A stretch of 24,000 nucleotides of DNA from Okeania sp. (GTDB taxonomy: Bacteria > Cyanobacteriota > Cyanobacteriia > Cyanobacteriales > Microcoleaceae), in assembly GCF_035285525.1 (NCBI RefSeq), contig NZ_JAYKGW010000186.1:23963-47962 (forward strand). The letters run 5' to 3'. The notes under the pieces were generated by a model. That model was not told where the DNA came from. It did no database searches and saw only the letters and a program-made list of their open reading frames with translations. This document shows positions 8,618 through 17,547 of the stretch, piece after piece. Every line of letters begins with the position of its first letter. Positions within the stretch are counted from its first letter, which is position 1. A program made the position numbers and the translations under genes.

Positions 8618-9839
8618 TTAATTAAGTGTTACCTTAATGGGGTGAACTACAACACCCTCTATCCCATTGCTAAAAGCGTTTGGGACTGCTTTTCGTAATA
8701 TATTTAAACTGCCATTGACATCAGCATTATATTTGACACCATTTGAAGCTTGATAAAGTCCTCTTTTCACTCGTTTACCACTAAATCTCTGTTTGACACC
8801 TTTTTGATAAACTGGTAAATCGTCCCAATCTAAAAAACTAGCTTTTGACGTATAACTTTCTTCATTGATTATTACTTTGATTCCTACTAATTTAGCTTTG
8901 TATTTTAGTTGTTCAATTAACTTGAAAAAAGGAATTTGAACAAAATTTTGATTGTTTTTTCTTCCCAGATTTATACCTTGTTTCCAGTTAGGGTTATTTC
9001 CTATTACTAAAATTCCTATCTGGTTCTCTATGAGACGATTAATAATATATCTGCTAGTCTTATGCAAATAATCATCAATCTTTAAATTTCTTTTTGTCGA
9101 TAATCTTTTGATTCGGTTACTACTTTTAGCTTCTTTTAATTCTGATTGTAGTTTACCCTTTTTCTTATTATAGAATTGATTAATTGATTTGACTGGTCTG
9201 CCGTTAATAATAAAGGGTTGAAAACCTTTTTTATTTGATGTTACAGTCGCCAAATTATTCACTCCCAAATCTACAGAAGCTACATGATATTCTGATAAAT
9301 CTAATTTGACTTCAAGGCATTCGTAAACCACTTCTATCACATAGTAATTCAGCTTAGGAATAATCCTTACTTGTTGCAGAGAATCATAATTTATTTTACT
9401 GTCAAAAAATAGCTCACTTTTTGATAGTAATATCTTTTTATTTTTAACTAATTGAGGTTTACTAATCGCCTGTTTTGTATAGACTAGAATATTCCTTCCT
9501 TTCTTTTTATCTTTATATTTTGGCAGTTTGGGACGGCTTTTAAACTTACTTGGGCATTCATTATAAGCTCTTATCGCTTGAAAAAAACTTTGCCAATTTT
9601 TATCTAAAAGAATCAAAACCTGCGCTCGTAACTTTGGCTGGTATTGCTTGATAATCTACTCCCGATTGTAATAATTTTTGAACTTTTTTATAATCTAGAT
9701 AATTTCCTTTATTAATAAACTCTTGTCTAACTATGTAGTTAGCCATGTTATAGAGATTTTTCGACAAGAAAGCTAGAGCATCAAGTGATTTATAATTGGG
9801 ATGATTTTTTTTAATAATAGTACGTTCTACTAACTGCAT
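8618..9839 (-). pseudogene. tnpB: IS200/IS605-family (IS1341-like, no tnpA) TnpB RNA-guided nuclease homologue with one frameshift
   Basis: The two track ORFs (9600-9857 and 8618-9616) overlap in different frames. Frame A reads ...YQAIPAKVTSAGFDSFR*, and frame B reads ...AQVLILLDKNWQSFF.... Removing 1 nt near 9622-9630 joins them into the family-typical AKV..Q.L.LLDKNW.SFF. Likely start is ATG 9839 (MQLVERTIIKK), preceded by GGAGGG. RuvC-like residues are present: VDLGVNN (D), NEESYTSK (E), NADVNGSLNILRK (D). Confidence 0.85.
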
Positions 9840-9961
9840 TATCCCTCCTTTAAACATTTAACGAGCTATTCTGTTTTCCTTGTTCTTCTTCTGATTCCAT
9901 AAAAAGGTAAAAACTCGTATCTTTAGGGTAATATTGTGAATAGTGTTTTGTCAAAAATCAA

Positions 9962-10699
9962 ATGGGAAATAACAATGACGAAAATCATCCATCCCGTGAT
10001 GGAGAAGCTCAAAAAACAATAACTTGGACGCAGAAAAGAGAAGGACCACGCATCAATCCAAATAGCCCTCAAGAGCGGGCATACAATATAAATCCAGTTG
10101 AAAGACAGCAAAATAGTAAAGTCGTTTCAGGAAAACACGCAGGAGAACATAAGTGGTACGATCCAAGAACTGCAAGAGAGGGTTGGACTCCACCGAAAGC
10201 TGTAGGACGAGGCCAACGTTATGTTCCTACATCTCCGTCTCAATCTGGGATTAAAAATTCTCAATCACCAAAAGGTATAAACGCTAATCTAAGTCAAGGT
10301 CAAGACCAACCCAAAATAACAGCCTTTCGTTCGGCTAAAGCTGGTAAGAGTGAGATGGGTATTTTTAACGATTTAAGAAGATATCATCCAGAACAAAATC
10401 CAACAACCATGCGAGAACTTGCCAAGAATACCCATCAAAGTTATCAGCAAAGGCAAAAGAGTGAAGGACAATTACAACAAAAAAATGGCTCTAAAGGCAA
10501 AGAAGAGCCAAAACAAGGTCAGAACCTCAAAAAAGGAGTTGATCAAAGTCAACAAGGTACTAGCAAATCTTCTCAACCTTCTCAACCCCCCTCTAAATCC
10601 GCTAAACCTTCAGTTAGTCAGGGAGATACAAAGAAATCAACACAGACAAAGCAACCTAGTCAAGTCTTTTTTTCTAGCCAAAGCTCAAATTGTTCGTAG
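9962..10699 (+). CDS. Hypothetical Q/S/K/P-rich, predicted disordered protein (T-depleted coding strand)
   Basis: 245-aa ORF with no recognisable domain and no obvious SD. The + strand is strongly A-rich and T-poor, so a second + frame (10419-10706) is also open. The long ORF could therefore be partly a compositional artefact. Confidence 0.4.
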   Translation: MGNNNDENHPSRDGEAQKTITWTQKREGPRINPNSPQERAYNINPVERQQNSKVVSGKHAGEHKWYDPRTAREGWTPPKAVGRGQRYVPTSPSQSGIKNSQSPKGINANLSQGQDQPKITAFRSAKAGKSEMGIFNDLRRYHPEQNPTTMRELAKNTHQSYQQRQKSEGQLQQKNGSKGKEEPKQGQNLKKGVDQSQQGTSKSSQPSQPPSKSAKPSVSQGDTKKSTQTKQPSQVFFSSQSSNCS

Positions 10700-10845
10700 T
10701 TCATAAAAATAAAAAATGTCAGTAAATAAAAAATGTTGTAATTCTCAAGAAATACTCAAAGTTTCTGGAGATAATAATACTTCTAGATATTCAAATTGTA
10801 CAGAACTTACACCAAAGATATAGAAAGATTTCTTATCCTCCTTAC

Positions 10846-12291
10846 TTATTCTTGCCTATTGCCTTTTTCAAAACTAGAATCTTTAATTTTCAACTTATTA
10901 ATTAACTCATCTTTAATCCGACTCATAATCGAATTTTCATCCAAAGATTCCAAGATATTATTCACCACAGCTTTCGGACCTTCCTCTCCCCAAGATGCAC
11001 CATTAGCAAGATATGTTTTAGTTATTTGCCCTATTCCATAAGATGATAAACCTCCCACTGCTGCTTGAGTCACTGCTACAGACAAATAGGGTGCTAAAGA
11101 TAACCCACCAGTCACAGGTGCAGCTAAACCCAATAATCCTTTCACAGAACTTAATCCCAAATTTGCTAATAATTCACCAGCAGTTATACCACCCATACTA
11201 ATAGCTATCTTTTGTAATAAATCTACTGCTCCAGTTTGGCTCATCTTGATACCATATAACTTAGATAAAGTCAATATCATAGCCACATCAATTATCGCCC
11301 CAGTGAGAATATCTACCACAGTTACAGGATTAAGAGCGATCGCCATTGCCTTAGTCATTACTCCCCTCCAAATAACCCCATCTGCACTTTGGGAGCGAAT
11401 TTCCATTTTCCGGCGTACCAACTGGTCATTCACATCATCAGCATAGAGCATACTATTGAGTGCCACTAAAGACTTACCTTCTCGTTCTAAAATTTCTAAT
11501 ATTTTCAGTTTTAAATCCTCTATTTGAGGTTCGCCTCTTACCATCTCTACCTTAAGACTACCATCGGGACGTTGCACCGCTTTAGCGACGAGAGGAGAAG
11601 CAGCAGCCATAACTATTTCATTTGGTGAAAGTAACTCACGGACTCGTTCATCACGAATTTTATTATATATGGCTAACCTATCTGCTTCTGGATATTGGTC
11701 TATTTTGTTAAACACCAGTAAAATTGGTTTACCAGCATCTCGCAGGAAAGAAAGAGCTTCATATTCTACTTGAGTAATATCTCCTGCTACAGCAAATAAA
11801 AGTAAATCTGCCTGTTTTGCAACTTGGCGAGCCATTAATTCTCTAGTTTTTCCATCTACCTCATCTATACCAGGAGTATCAATTAATTCAACTTGAGATA
11901 TTCTATAGGAAGTTAGAGAATTTGTAGAAGGTGATTCTATTTCAGTTAAATTATTTTTTCCTAATTCCCATTGTTTAATTGTAGTGGTTTTAGTCACACC
12001 ATGAATCGGACCTGTGGCAAATACTTTTTCTCCTAATAAAGCATTAAGAAGAGAAGATTTACCTCTACCAACCATGCCAAATACAGCAATATAAACAGAA
12101 GCTTTTTCTAACTTTTCTAACATTGATTCTAACCCAGAAATTTCTGAGTCTAAACCTACTTTTTCTTCTGGAGTTAAATCGAGATTAGTTACTATTTCTT
12201 TCAGAGCATCTTTAGCGTCACAGATATTAAGTTCGGCTTGAATATCAGTAAAACTTGAGATTGTTTTTTCTAGTTCTTTATCTAAATTCAT
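10846..12291 (-). CDS. GTP-binding protein with C-terminal DUF697-like membrane-associated domain
   Basis: 481-aa ORF. G1 is GMVGRGKSSLLNALLG, G3 is DTPG, G4 is NKID. The C-terminal half is hydrophobic (AIALNPVTVVDILTGAIIDVAMILTLSKLYG...), as in DUF697/YcjF-like domains. Confidence 0.85.
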   Translation of the reverse strand: MNLDKELEKTISSFTDIQAELNICDAKDALKEIVTNLDLTPEEKVGLDSEISGLESMLEKLEKASVYIAVFGMVGRGKSSLLNALLGEKVFATGPIHGVTKTTTIKQWELGKNNLTEIESPSTNSLTSYRISQVELIDTPGIDEVDGKTRELMARQVAKQADLLLFAVAGDITQVEYEALSFLRDAGKPILLVFNKIDQYPEADRLAIYNKIRDERVRELLSPNEIVMAAASPLVAKAVQRPDGSLKVEMVRGEPQIEDLKLKILEILEREGKSLVALNSMLYADDVNDQLVRRKMEIRSQSADGVIWRGVMTKAMAIALNPVTVVDILTGAIIDVAMILTLSKLYGIKMSQTGAVDLLQKIAISMGGITAGELLANLGLSSVKGLLGLAAPVTGGLSLAPYLSVAVTQAAVGGLSSYGIGQITKTYLANGASWGEEGPKAVVNNILESLDENSIMSRIKDELINKLKIKDSSFEKGNRQE

Positions 12292-12313
12292 TTTAATAGT
12301 TAATAATGGATAA

Positions 12314-12518
12314 TTAGGGCTTGCTGATTAAATTTAACAGTCTTAAAAGATAAAGGTTTTAGACTTTTTTTAGTCCTGAAAAAGGGCGGATTTCAGCATC
12401 CCTGTAGGGGCGGGTCTGGTCAGTAAGTTAACGAGTCTTCATGTTAAGGTAGCTAGACCCGCCCCCACTACAGCAGAGTGTAGAGGGTTTGGAGACTAAA
12501 CCCCTACTCCCTACTCCC
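12314..12518. repeat. Composite intergenic repeat: MITE-like end related to 1057-1135, two GGGGCGGG-type hairpins and a CTACTCC repeat
   Basis: TTAGGGCTTGCTGATTAAAT...ATAAAGGT...TTTTTAGTCCTGAAAAAG (12314-12384) parallels 1057-1125. Hairpin GGGGCGGGTCT (12407-12417) pairs with AGACCCGCCCC (12455-12465). An imperfect second hairpin joins GTAGAGGGTTT to AAACCCCTAC (12480-12507). CCCCTACTCCCTACTCCC lies at 12501-12518. Confidence 0.65.
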
Positions 12519-12521
12519 TTT

Positions 12522-13817
12522 TTAATGAAGAAAAGATAAATCAATCTTGCCAAAATTTGTACTTAAAGCAACTTGTGTATTTTCTAATGCTTTCACCAGC
12601 CAAATTACTCCATCTCTGGTAGAGCTTTCATAATGATTAAATAGTATTGCAAATCTCTTTTCCAAGTATGGCTTAACTTTATGACAAACCAAAACTATTT
12701 TTAGAAGGAGACAAGTAGTTGCGATGGGACCTATATTCGACATTAGATTAAGAAATAAAAAATGCTGTGGTTTTTGAACGCTTTCGACAACTAAAAACCC
12801 TAATATTTGGTCACAGGTTCTCATCAGTAAAAAATCGTTAAATGGTTTATCATTATTATGAGGCATAGTATTTTTTAATTGTTTATATAATTTGTTTTTA
12901 AACTGATAACTAAAGCTCCTAGAATCTGCATTAAATGATGTACTCAAGTATTGATAAAAACTATCTTTAAAGCAACTATAGGACTGAATTTGTTTTGTAT
13001 AAGTTATGAAACTTTTAGCATAATCTTGGTAGTTATAACCATTTTCAACTTTGCCGACAAATTGTTTAATAGCTGATAAGAGTTCTCGATCGTTTAAAAG
13101 AGTAGGATTTTGAATTTTGTTGAGATTTTGACAACTAGATTGTGTCAACTCTGAAGTAGTTATTATCCCATGTCTAATTTGATAAGTCACATAGTGGGAT
13201 AAGTCTATTTCAAATTTTTTCTGCTCTTGTCGTTGGATTTTTCTAATAGCTTTTTGATGTTCATAGCTATTGTCTGAAGTAATTAAACAATGTTGGTATA
13301 GGTAAGGATAACGTGGAATTAGAGTTCTTAAAGGTTGAGCTAAAGCACTATGACTATTTCTATAACTTCTTCCTTCTTGGTTAATTACTTCTGCTAAACG
13401 TTTTAAAGCTAAATATTGCTGACTTGTTGTGAATGTTTGAACTAGGTCAAATAGTTTTTTACTATTCCGCGAACCGTAGTAAGGTGGCATTGATTTATTA
13501 CTGATTTTATCAAATAATTTAATTAAGTCTAGCAATACATCTTTTTTATAGATATAGCGCTCTCTATTAATAACAATATAACAACAGCGATTTAGAATGA
13601 AATTAAATTCTTCTTGATTTTGTAATAATGGGATAATTTTTATTAGTGCTTTAGCTACTTTTTGATCGGGATATCCAGAACTATTAAGAAATAAAATCCT
13701 AAATCTTTCAATTATTTCTTCTGATGATTCTATATCTATTAACTGAAGAAAATGGTTATAGATATATTGCTCATAATGAGATTTATTTTGTTTATATTCA
13801 TCTAGAGAGTTTTTCAT
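12522..13817 (-). CDS. Conserved hypothetical protein of unknown function
   Basis: 431-aa ORF, co-directional with and upstream of the GTPase gene. No domain recognised. Contains LIPRYPYLYQHCL and a hydrophobic C-terminal third. Confidence 0.65.
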   Translation of the reverse strand: MKNSLDEYKQNKSHYEQYIYNHFLQLIDIESSEEIIERFRILFLNSSGYPDQKVAKALIKIIPLLQNQEEFNFILNRCCYIVINRERYIYKKDVLLDLIKLFDKISNKSMPPYYGSRNSKKLFDLVQTFTTSQQYLALKRLAEVINQEGRSYRNSHSALAQPLRTLIPRYPYLYQHCLITSDNSYEHQKAIRKIQRQEQKKFEIDLSHYVTYQIRHGIITTSELTQSSCQNLNKIQNPTLLNDRELLSAIKQFVGKVENGYNYQDYAKSFITYTKQIQSYSCFKDSFYQYLSTSFNADSRSFSYQFKNKLYKQLKNTMPHNNDKPFNDFLLMRTCDQILGFLVVESVQKPQHFLFLNLMSNIGPIATTCLLLKIVLVCHKVKPYLEKRFAILFNHYESSTRDGVIWLVKALENTQVALSTNFGKIDLSFLH

Positions 13818-14610
13818 TTTATAGATGTTGGAATTTAGTTTTTTATCAGCATTTAGCTATAGCAATCCCATTTAAGTCGTTTACAAAATTTCGTTGCTTT
13901 TAGGATAGGCAAAAGGAAATGGTGAAAAATGAATAGGCGGGAATTTTAGTTTTTTTTATTTACTTTTTAATTGGTTACATAAGTATTTCCTGCTGAATCC
14001 TTACGTTACAACTTATTTAGGATTGCTATATTAACCGTCAGTTCTCAAAAATAAAACTTTGCTTTTGTAGTAAGATTTAAGTTAATCTTAATAGCAGCTC
14101 AAGTAATAGTTGATTACTTAGGTTTTGTTGTATTCCATTACCCTGATATATAGGAAAAATAACTAATATTGAGTTTTGAGATAGCTGTCTGTAGGATTTC
14201 TTACAAACAGGGCTATTTTACTTACTAAAGATAGTTTCTTCCTCAAAAGAAATTATATCGCAATTTTATTTCAAGTGGTTAATCAAAGTTTTCTAAGTTT
14301 TCCTGACTTATGGAAACTAGCACCTGTTCCCTACTTGCCACCAGCACCAAAAATATTCTCTAGAACTTTTGATTTCGGTGTATGTCATAGCGTGCCAAAA
14401 TACTTTTTTTCTTATCCCCTATTCCCTCCATACCTATTCCCTGTCTTGGTCGATTAGATATGGTCAGGAAACTTGACCATCTTTCGACCGCTTTTCCCTA
14501 AAAGCGATAAATTTTTGGCTTTCTGTAAAATTGAGATTTACCCTTTAATTTTGCCTTTAAACCCCAAAAAATAATTTGAGTTCAACAATAACAAATATTC
14601 TTATATAATT

Positions 14611-16053
14611 ATGACAAATATTTCAGGAGAACTACCAATAACTATGGTTTGTCATATTACTTTACTCCAACTGACTAAAATATTAACTTCTACAACACTT
14701 ACAGGTTTTGATGTTCCAGAAAAAACATTAATTACAGGTATAAATACAGATACTCGTAGTTTAAAATCTGGTGAAGGATTTTTAGCATTACAGGGTGAAA
14801 ACTTTGATGGTCATAATTTTGTTAAGCAAGCAATCGAAAAGGAAGCTGGTTGTATAATTGTTGAACAAGAATATATCTTAAATAATGAAGTTAAAGAACT
14901 ATCAAAGAATATACCTATATTACAAGTAGAAAATACTTTAAAAGCTTATCAAAAAATTGCTCGTTGGTGGCGAGATAGATTTGATATTCCTGTAATTTCT
15001 ATCACAGGTTCTGTAGGTAAAACTACTACTAAGGAATTAATCGCTGCAGTTTTGGGAACTCAAGGTCAAGTTATCAAAACTGAAGCTAATTATAATAATG
15101 AAATAGGTGTACCTAAAACTCTATTACGACTTTCTGATAATGATAATTATGCGGTGATAGAAATGGCAATGCGAGGACCTGAAGAAATTGCAGAATTAAC
15201 AAATATTGCTAATCCAACTATTGGTTTAATTACAAATGTTGGTACTGCTCATATTGGTCGTTTAGGTTCTGTGGAAGCGATCGCTAAAGCTAAGTGTGAG
15301 TTATTAAGAGAAATGTCTCAGGATAGTATTGCGATTCTAAATTATGATAATAAAAGGTTGATAGAAACTGCTGCTAAATTTTGGTCTGGAGAAACTTTTA
15401 CTTATGGTTTAGAAGGTGGAGATTTACAAGGAAAATTAATTGATTCTCAAACTATAAATGTTGATGGTTTAGATTTACCTTTACCTTTATCTGGCAGTCA
15501 TAATGCTTCTAATTATTTAGCAGCATTAGCAGTGTTGAAAGTTTTGCATGGAAAAAATATTTCGACAAAAAATTTATTTGAACCTTTGACTAATAATTTC
15601 TCAGTTCAGTTACCAGGAAGTAGGGCAAAAAAATATGATTTAGACAATGATATTGTGATTTTAGATGAAAGTTATAATGCTGGATTAGAATCAATGATAG
15701 CTGCTTTAAATTTATTAGCTGAAACTCCAGGTAAACGTCATATTGCTGTTTTGGGAACTATGAAAGAATTAGGAGATCAATCAGTTTTATTCCATGAACA
15801 AGTTGGCAATGTTGTGAGAAATTTAAAGATAGATGGTTTATTTATTTTAGCTGATTTTGAAGAAGGAAAAGCAATCGTTAAAGGTGCTGCTGGTTTAAAA
15901 TTTATAGAAGTAGAAAATATTGCTGCTGATGATGCTCACCAGAATTTAGCTAGACATTTACAAGAGTTTTTAAGAGCAGGCGATCGAGTTCTTTTTAAAG
16001 CTTCTAATGCTGTAGGGTTAAATAAAGTAGTCGAACTTTTAATTAATAAGTAA
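14611..16053 (+). CDS. murF: UDP-N-acetylmuramoyl-tripeptide--D-alanyl-D-alanine ligase
   Basis: 480-aa ORF with the Mur-ligase P-loop ITGSVGKTTTKE, plus NYNNEIGVP, EMAMRG, DESYNA and GTMKELG. An alternative in-frame start is ATG 14644. Confidence 0.9.
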   Translation: MTNISGELPITMVCHITLLQLTKILTSTTLTGFDVPEKTLITGINTDTRSLKSGEGFLALQGENFDGHNFVKQAIEKEAGCIIVEQEYILNNEVKELSKNIPILQVENTLKAYQKIARWWRDRFDIPVISITGSVGKTTTKELIAAVLGTQGQVIKTEANYNNEIGVPKTLLRLSDNDNYAVIEMAMRGPEEIAELTNIANPTIGLITNVGTAHIGRLGSVEAIAKAKCELLREMSQDSIAILNYDNKRLIETAAKFWSGETFTYGLEGGDLQGKLIDSQTINVDGLDLPLPLSGSHNASNYLAALAVLKVLHGKNISTKNLFEPLTNNFSVQLPGSRAKKYDLDNDIVILDESYNAGLESMIAALNLLAETPGKRHIAVLGTMKELGDQSVLFHEQVGNVVRNLKIDGLFILADFEEGKAIVKGAAGLKFIEVENIAADDAHQNLARHLQEFLRAGDRVLFKASNAVGLNKVVELLINK

Positions 16054-16068
16054 TATATTTTCTGTAGC

Positions 16069-16085
16069 ACAGGCATCTTGCCTGT
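16069..16085. terminator. Short hairpin between convergent murF and the 16134-17323 pseudogene
   Basis: ACAGGCA-TCT-TGCCTGT, a 7-bp stem. It belongs to the ACAGGCAAGATGCCTGT-type repeat class also seen at 20870-20914. Terminator function is inferred from position only. Confidence 0.35.
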
Positions 16086-16133
16086 CATGGGTGTATCTTA
16101 TCTGAAACACCCTGCAACATTAAATCCATTAAA

Positions 16134-17323
16134 TCATATAAGAAAAAACATCATCAAAAATAACACTTGTATCACCAAAATTATTGTGTAAGTTCGCTTA
16201 AATGCACCGTCATATTTTTTATAATTTATATATGACATTGCAAGTCCAGTACCATAAGAACCTCCAATTATCGTATAAAAACGTAAAATATATTCTGGAA
16301 TATCAAAAATAGAATAGTTATCGAAATAACACATAACAAAAGTTACCGTATTAATATAAAAATAATAGATAAATATTGCCATGTGAAGCATAAAAAAACA
16401 TCAGCAGTTTTTTCTTGGTAAAAAGAACTGTAAATACCTGTAAAACAACACATCATCAAAATTAGAGGTATATGTGTAACTATAGCCCAAAAAAATCTGC
16501 TATTTCTTGTGTTTTTATTTTGCCCTAGAATATAAAAAAATCTGATTATGCTAACAAAAATTATTCCAATTATAATCCTTTGAGAAAATATTTGAGGGCT
16601 ATCCCCCAACAAATCAAGAATTGAAGGATTTCTTGAATTTAGTGGTGTTAATAATAGAAATGGCACAAAATAAGATATTACACATAAAAGTACTGTTCCG
16701 ATAACTGCTTTTATTAGATTTATTGCTGAGTAGAAGAAAAAATAAACCAGGTATAATGAGAAAATAATTAATGAAATAAAGAACAAATTTTCTGAAAGAC
16801 TTATAATGCTACTGGGAAATGTAGCTACGATGTCAGGAGATTGCATAAATACATAAATAAACCCTGTTAGAATATAAACAAATAAAATGATGAAAAAAAG
16901 CTTTTACTTGCCAAGTTATCGTTAACGTTATTCTTTCCCAAATTTCCCCTATCGTCAGGTTTCTTGAAGATATTTTTCTATCTTCTGCTATTTTATTTAA
17001 TCTATTTATTCTTTCTTGTTCTCGCCTTTTTTTCTTGTTCTCGCTTTTGCTCTTGCCTTTTTTGTTCTCGCTTTTCTTCTTGCTTTTCTTCATCTTTTTT
17101 AATTTCAGCTTCTTTTCTGTGAATTTTTAAATCAACCTGATGAAGTCGTCCTTTCCAATGGTTTATTTCTTGCTCTATTTCATAATTTTTTTCAGGAGAA
17201 TTTTCATTAATAGCAAATGGTGGATTTCTTTTACATTCTAAATGCCATATATCATTTTCTATTTGTTTTTTTTTCAGAAATAAGTGAAGAAAACTCAGAT
17301 TCTAATTTTTGCAAGTTATTCAT
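16134..17323 (-). pseudogene. Single ~397-codon gene (K/E-rich coiled-coil N-terminus, multi-TM core, DUF1294-like C-terminus) broken by four homopolymer frameshifts
   Basis: Manual translation links ATG 17323 (MNNLQKLESEFSSLISEKK) to KQIENDIWHLECKRNPPF...EQKREQEKK, then the three track ORFs (16833-17093, 16343-16846, 16134-16391). Each join needs a 1-nt change inside a run: T9 at 17266-17274, T7 at 17027-17033, A7 at 16893-16899 and A7 at 16392-16398. The C-terminus FDIPEYILRFYTIIGGSYGTGLAMSYINYKKYDGAFK resembles the DUF1294 core (RIPE..L..L...GG..G...GM....HKT.K..F). Confidence 0.7.
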
Positions 17324-17547
17324 TTTGGTTTTCGTATTTTGCGTGCGACAAATATATAATATTTACGAGCTATTATTTTAATGTTTAAATATTTATGGTT
17401 GAATGGAATTTAACAAATACTTTACTATTTTAGTACCAGTTTAATAGCAAATTGCTAAGGCGATCGCTCATACCTTACTAAAAACTATGGAACTTTATTG
17501 ATAACTTATAAATAATAATTAATTTTATTTTTGATTTTGGGAAAAGT

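Noticed and set aside
8400-9960. A complete IS200/IS605 element with a tnpA (Y1 transposase)
   Set aside because: No tnpA-like ORF or remnant was seen on either side of tnpB, so it is treated as a solo (IS1341-like) tnpB.
9923-10111. 62-aa ORF on the minus strand
   Set aside because: Overlaps the start of the T-depleted + strand ORF and the tnpB upstream region. It is a hydrophobic artefact of the T-rich complement strand.
10419-10706. 95-aa ORF in a second + frame
   Set aside because: It is open only because the strand is T-poor. The longer 9962 frame is the better, though still uncertain, candidate.
10796-11446. 81-aa and 66-aa + strand ORFs (10796-11041, 11246-11446)
   Set aside because: Both are antisense to the strongly supported GTPase gene.
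14275-14457. 60-aa ORF upstream of murF
   Set aside because: P/F/L-rich low-complexity translation of repeat-like intergenic DNA, with an alternative start codon and no recognisable family.
16833-17093. K/R-rich 86-aa ORF as an independent gene (similarly 16343-16846 and 16134-16391)
   Set aside because: All three join to each other and to upstream coding sequence through single-nucleotide changes in homopolymer runs. They are better explained as fragments of one gene.
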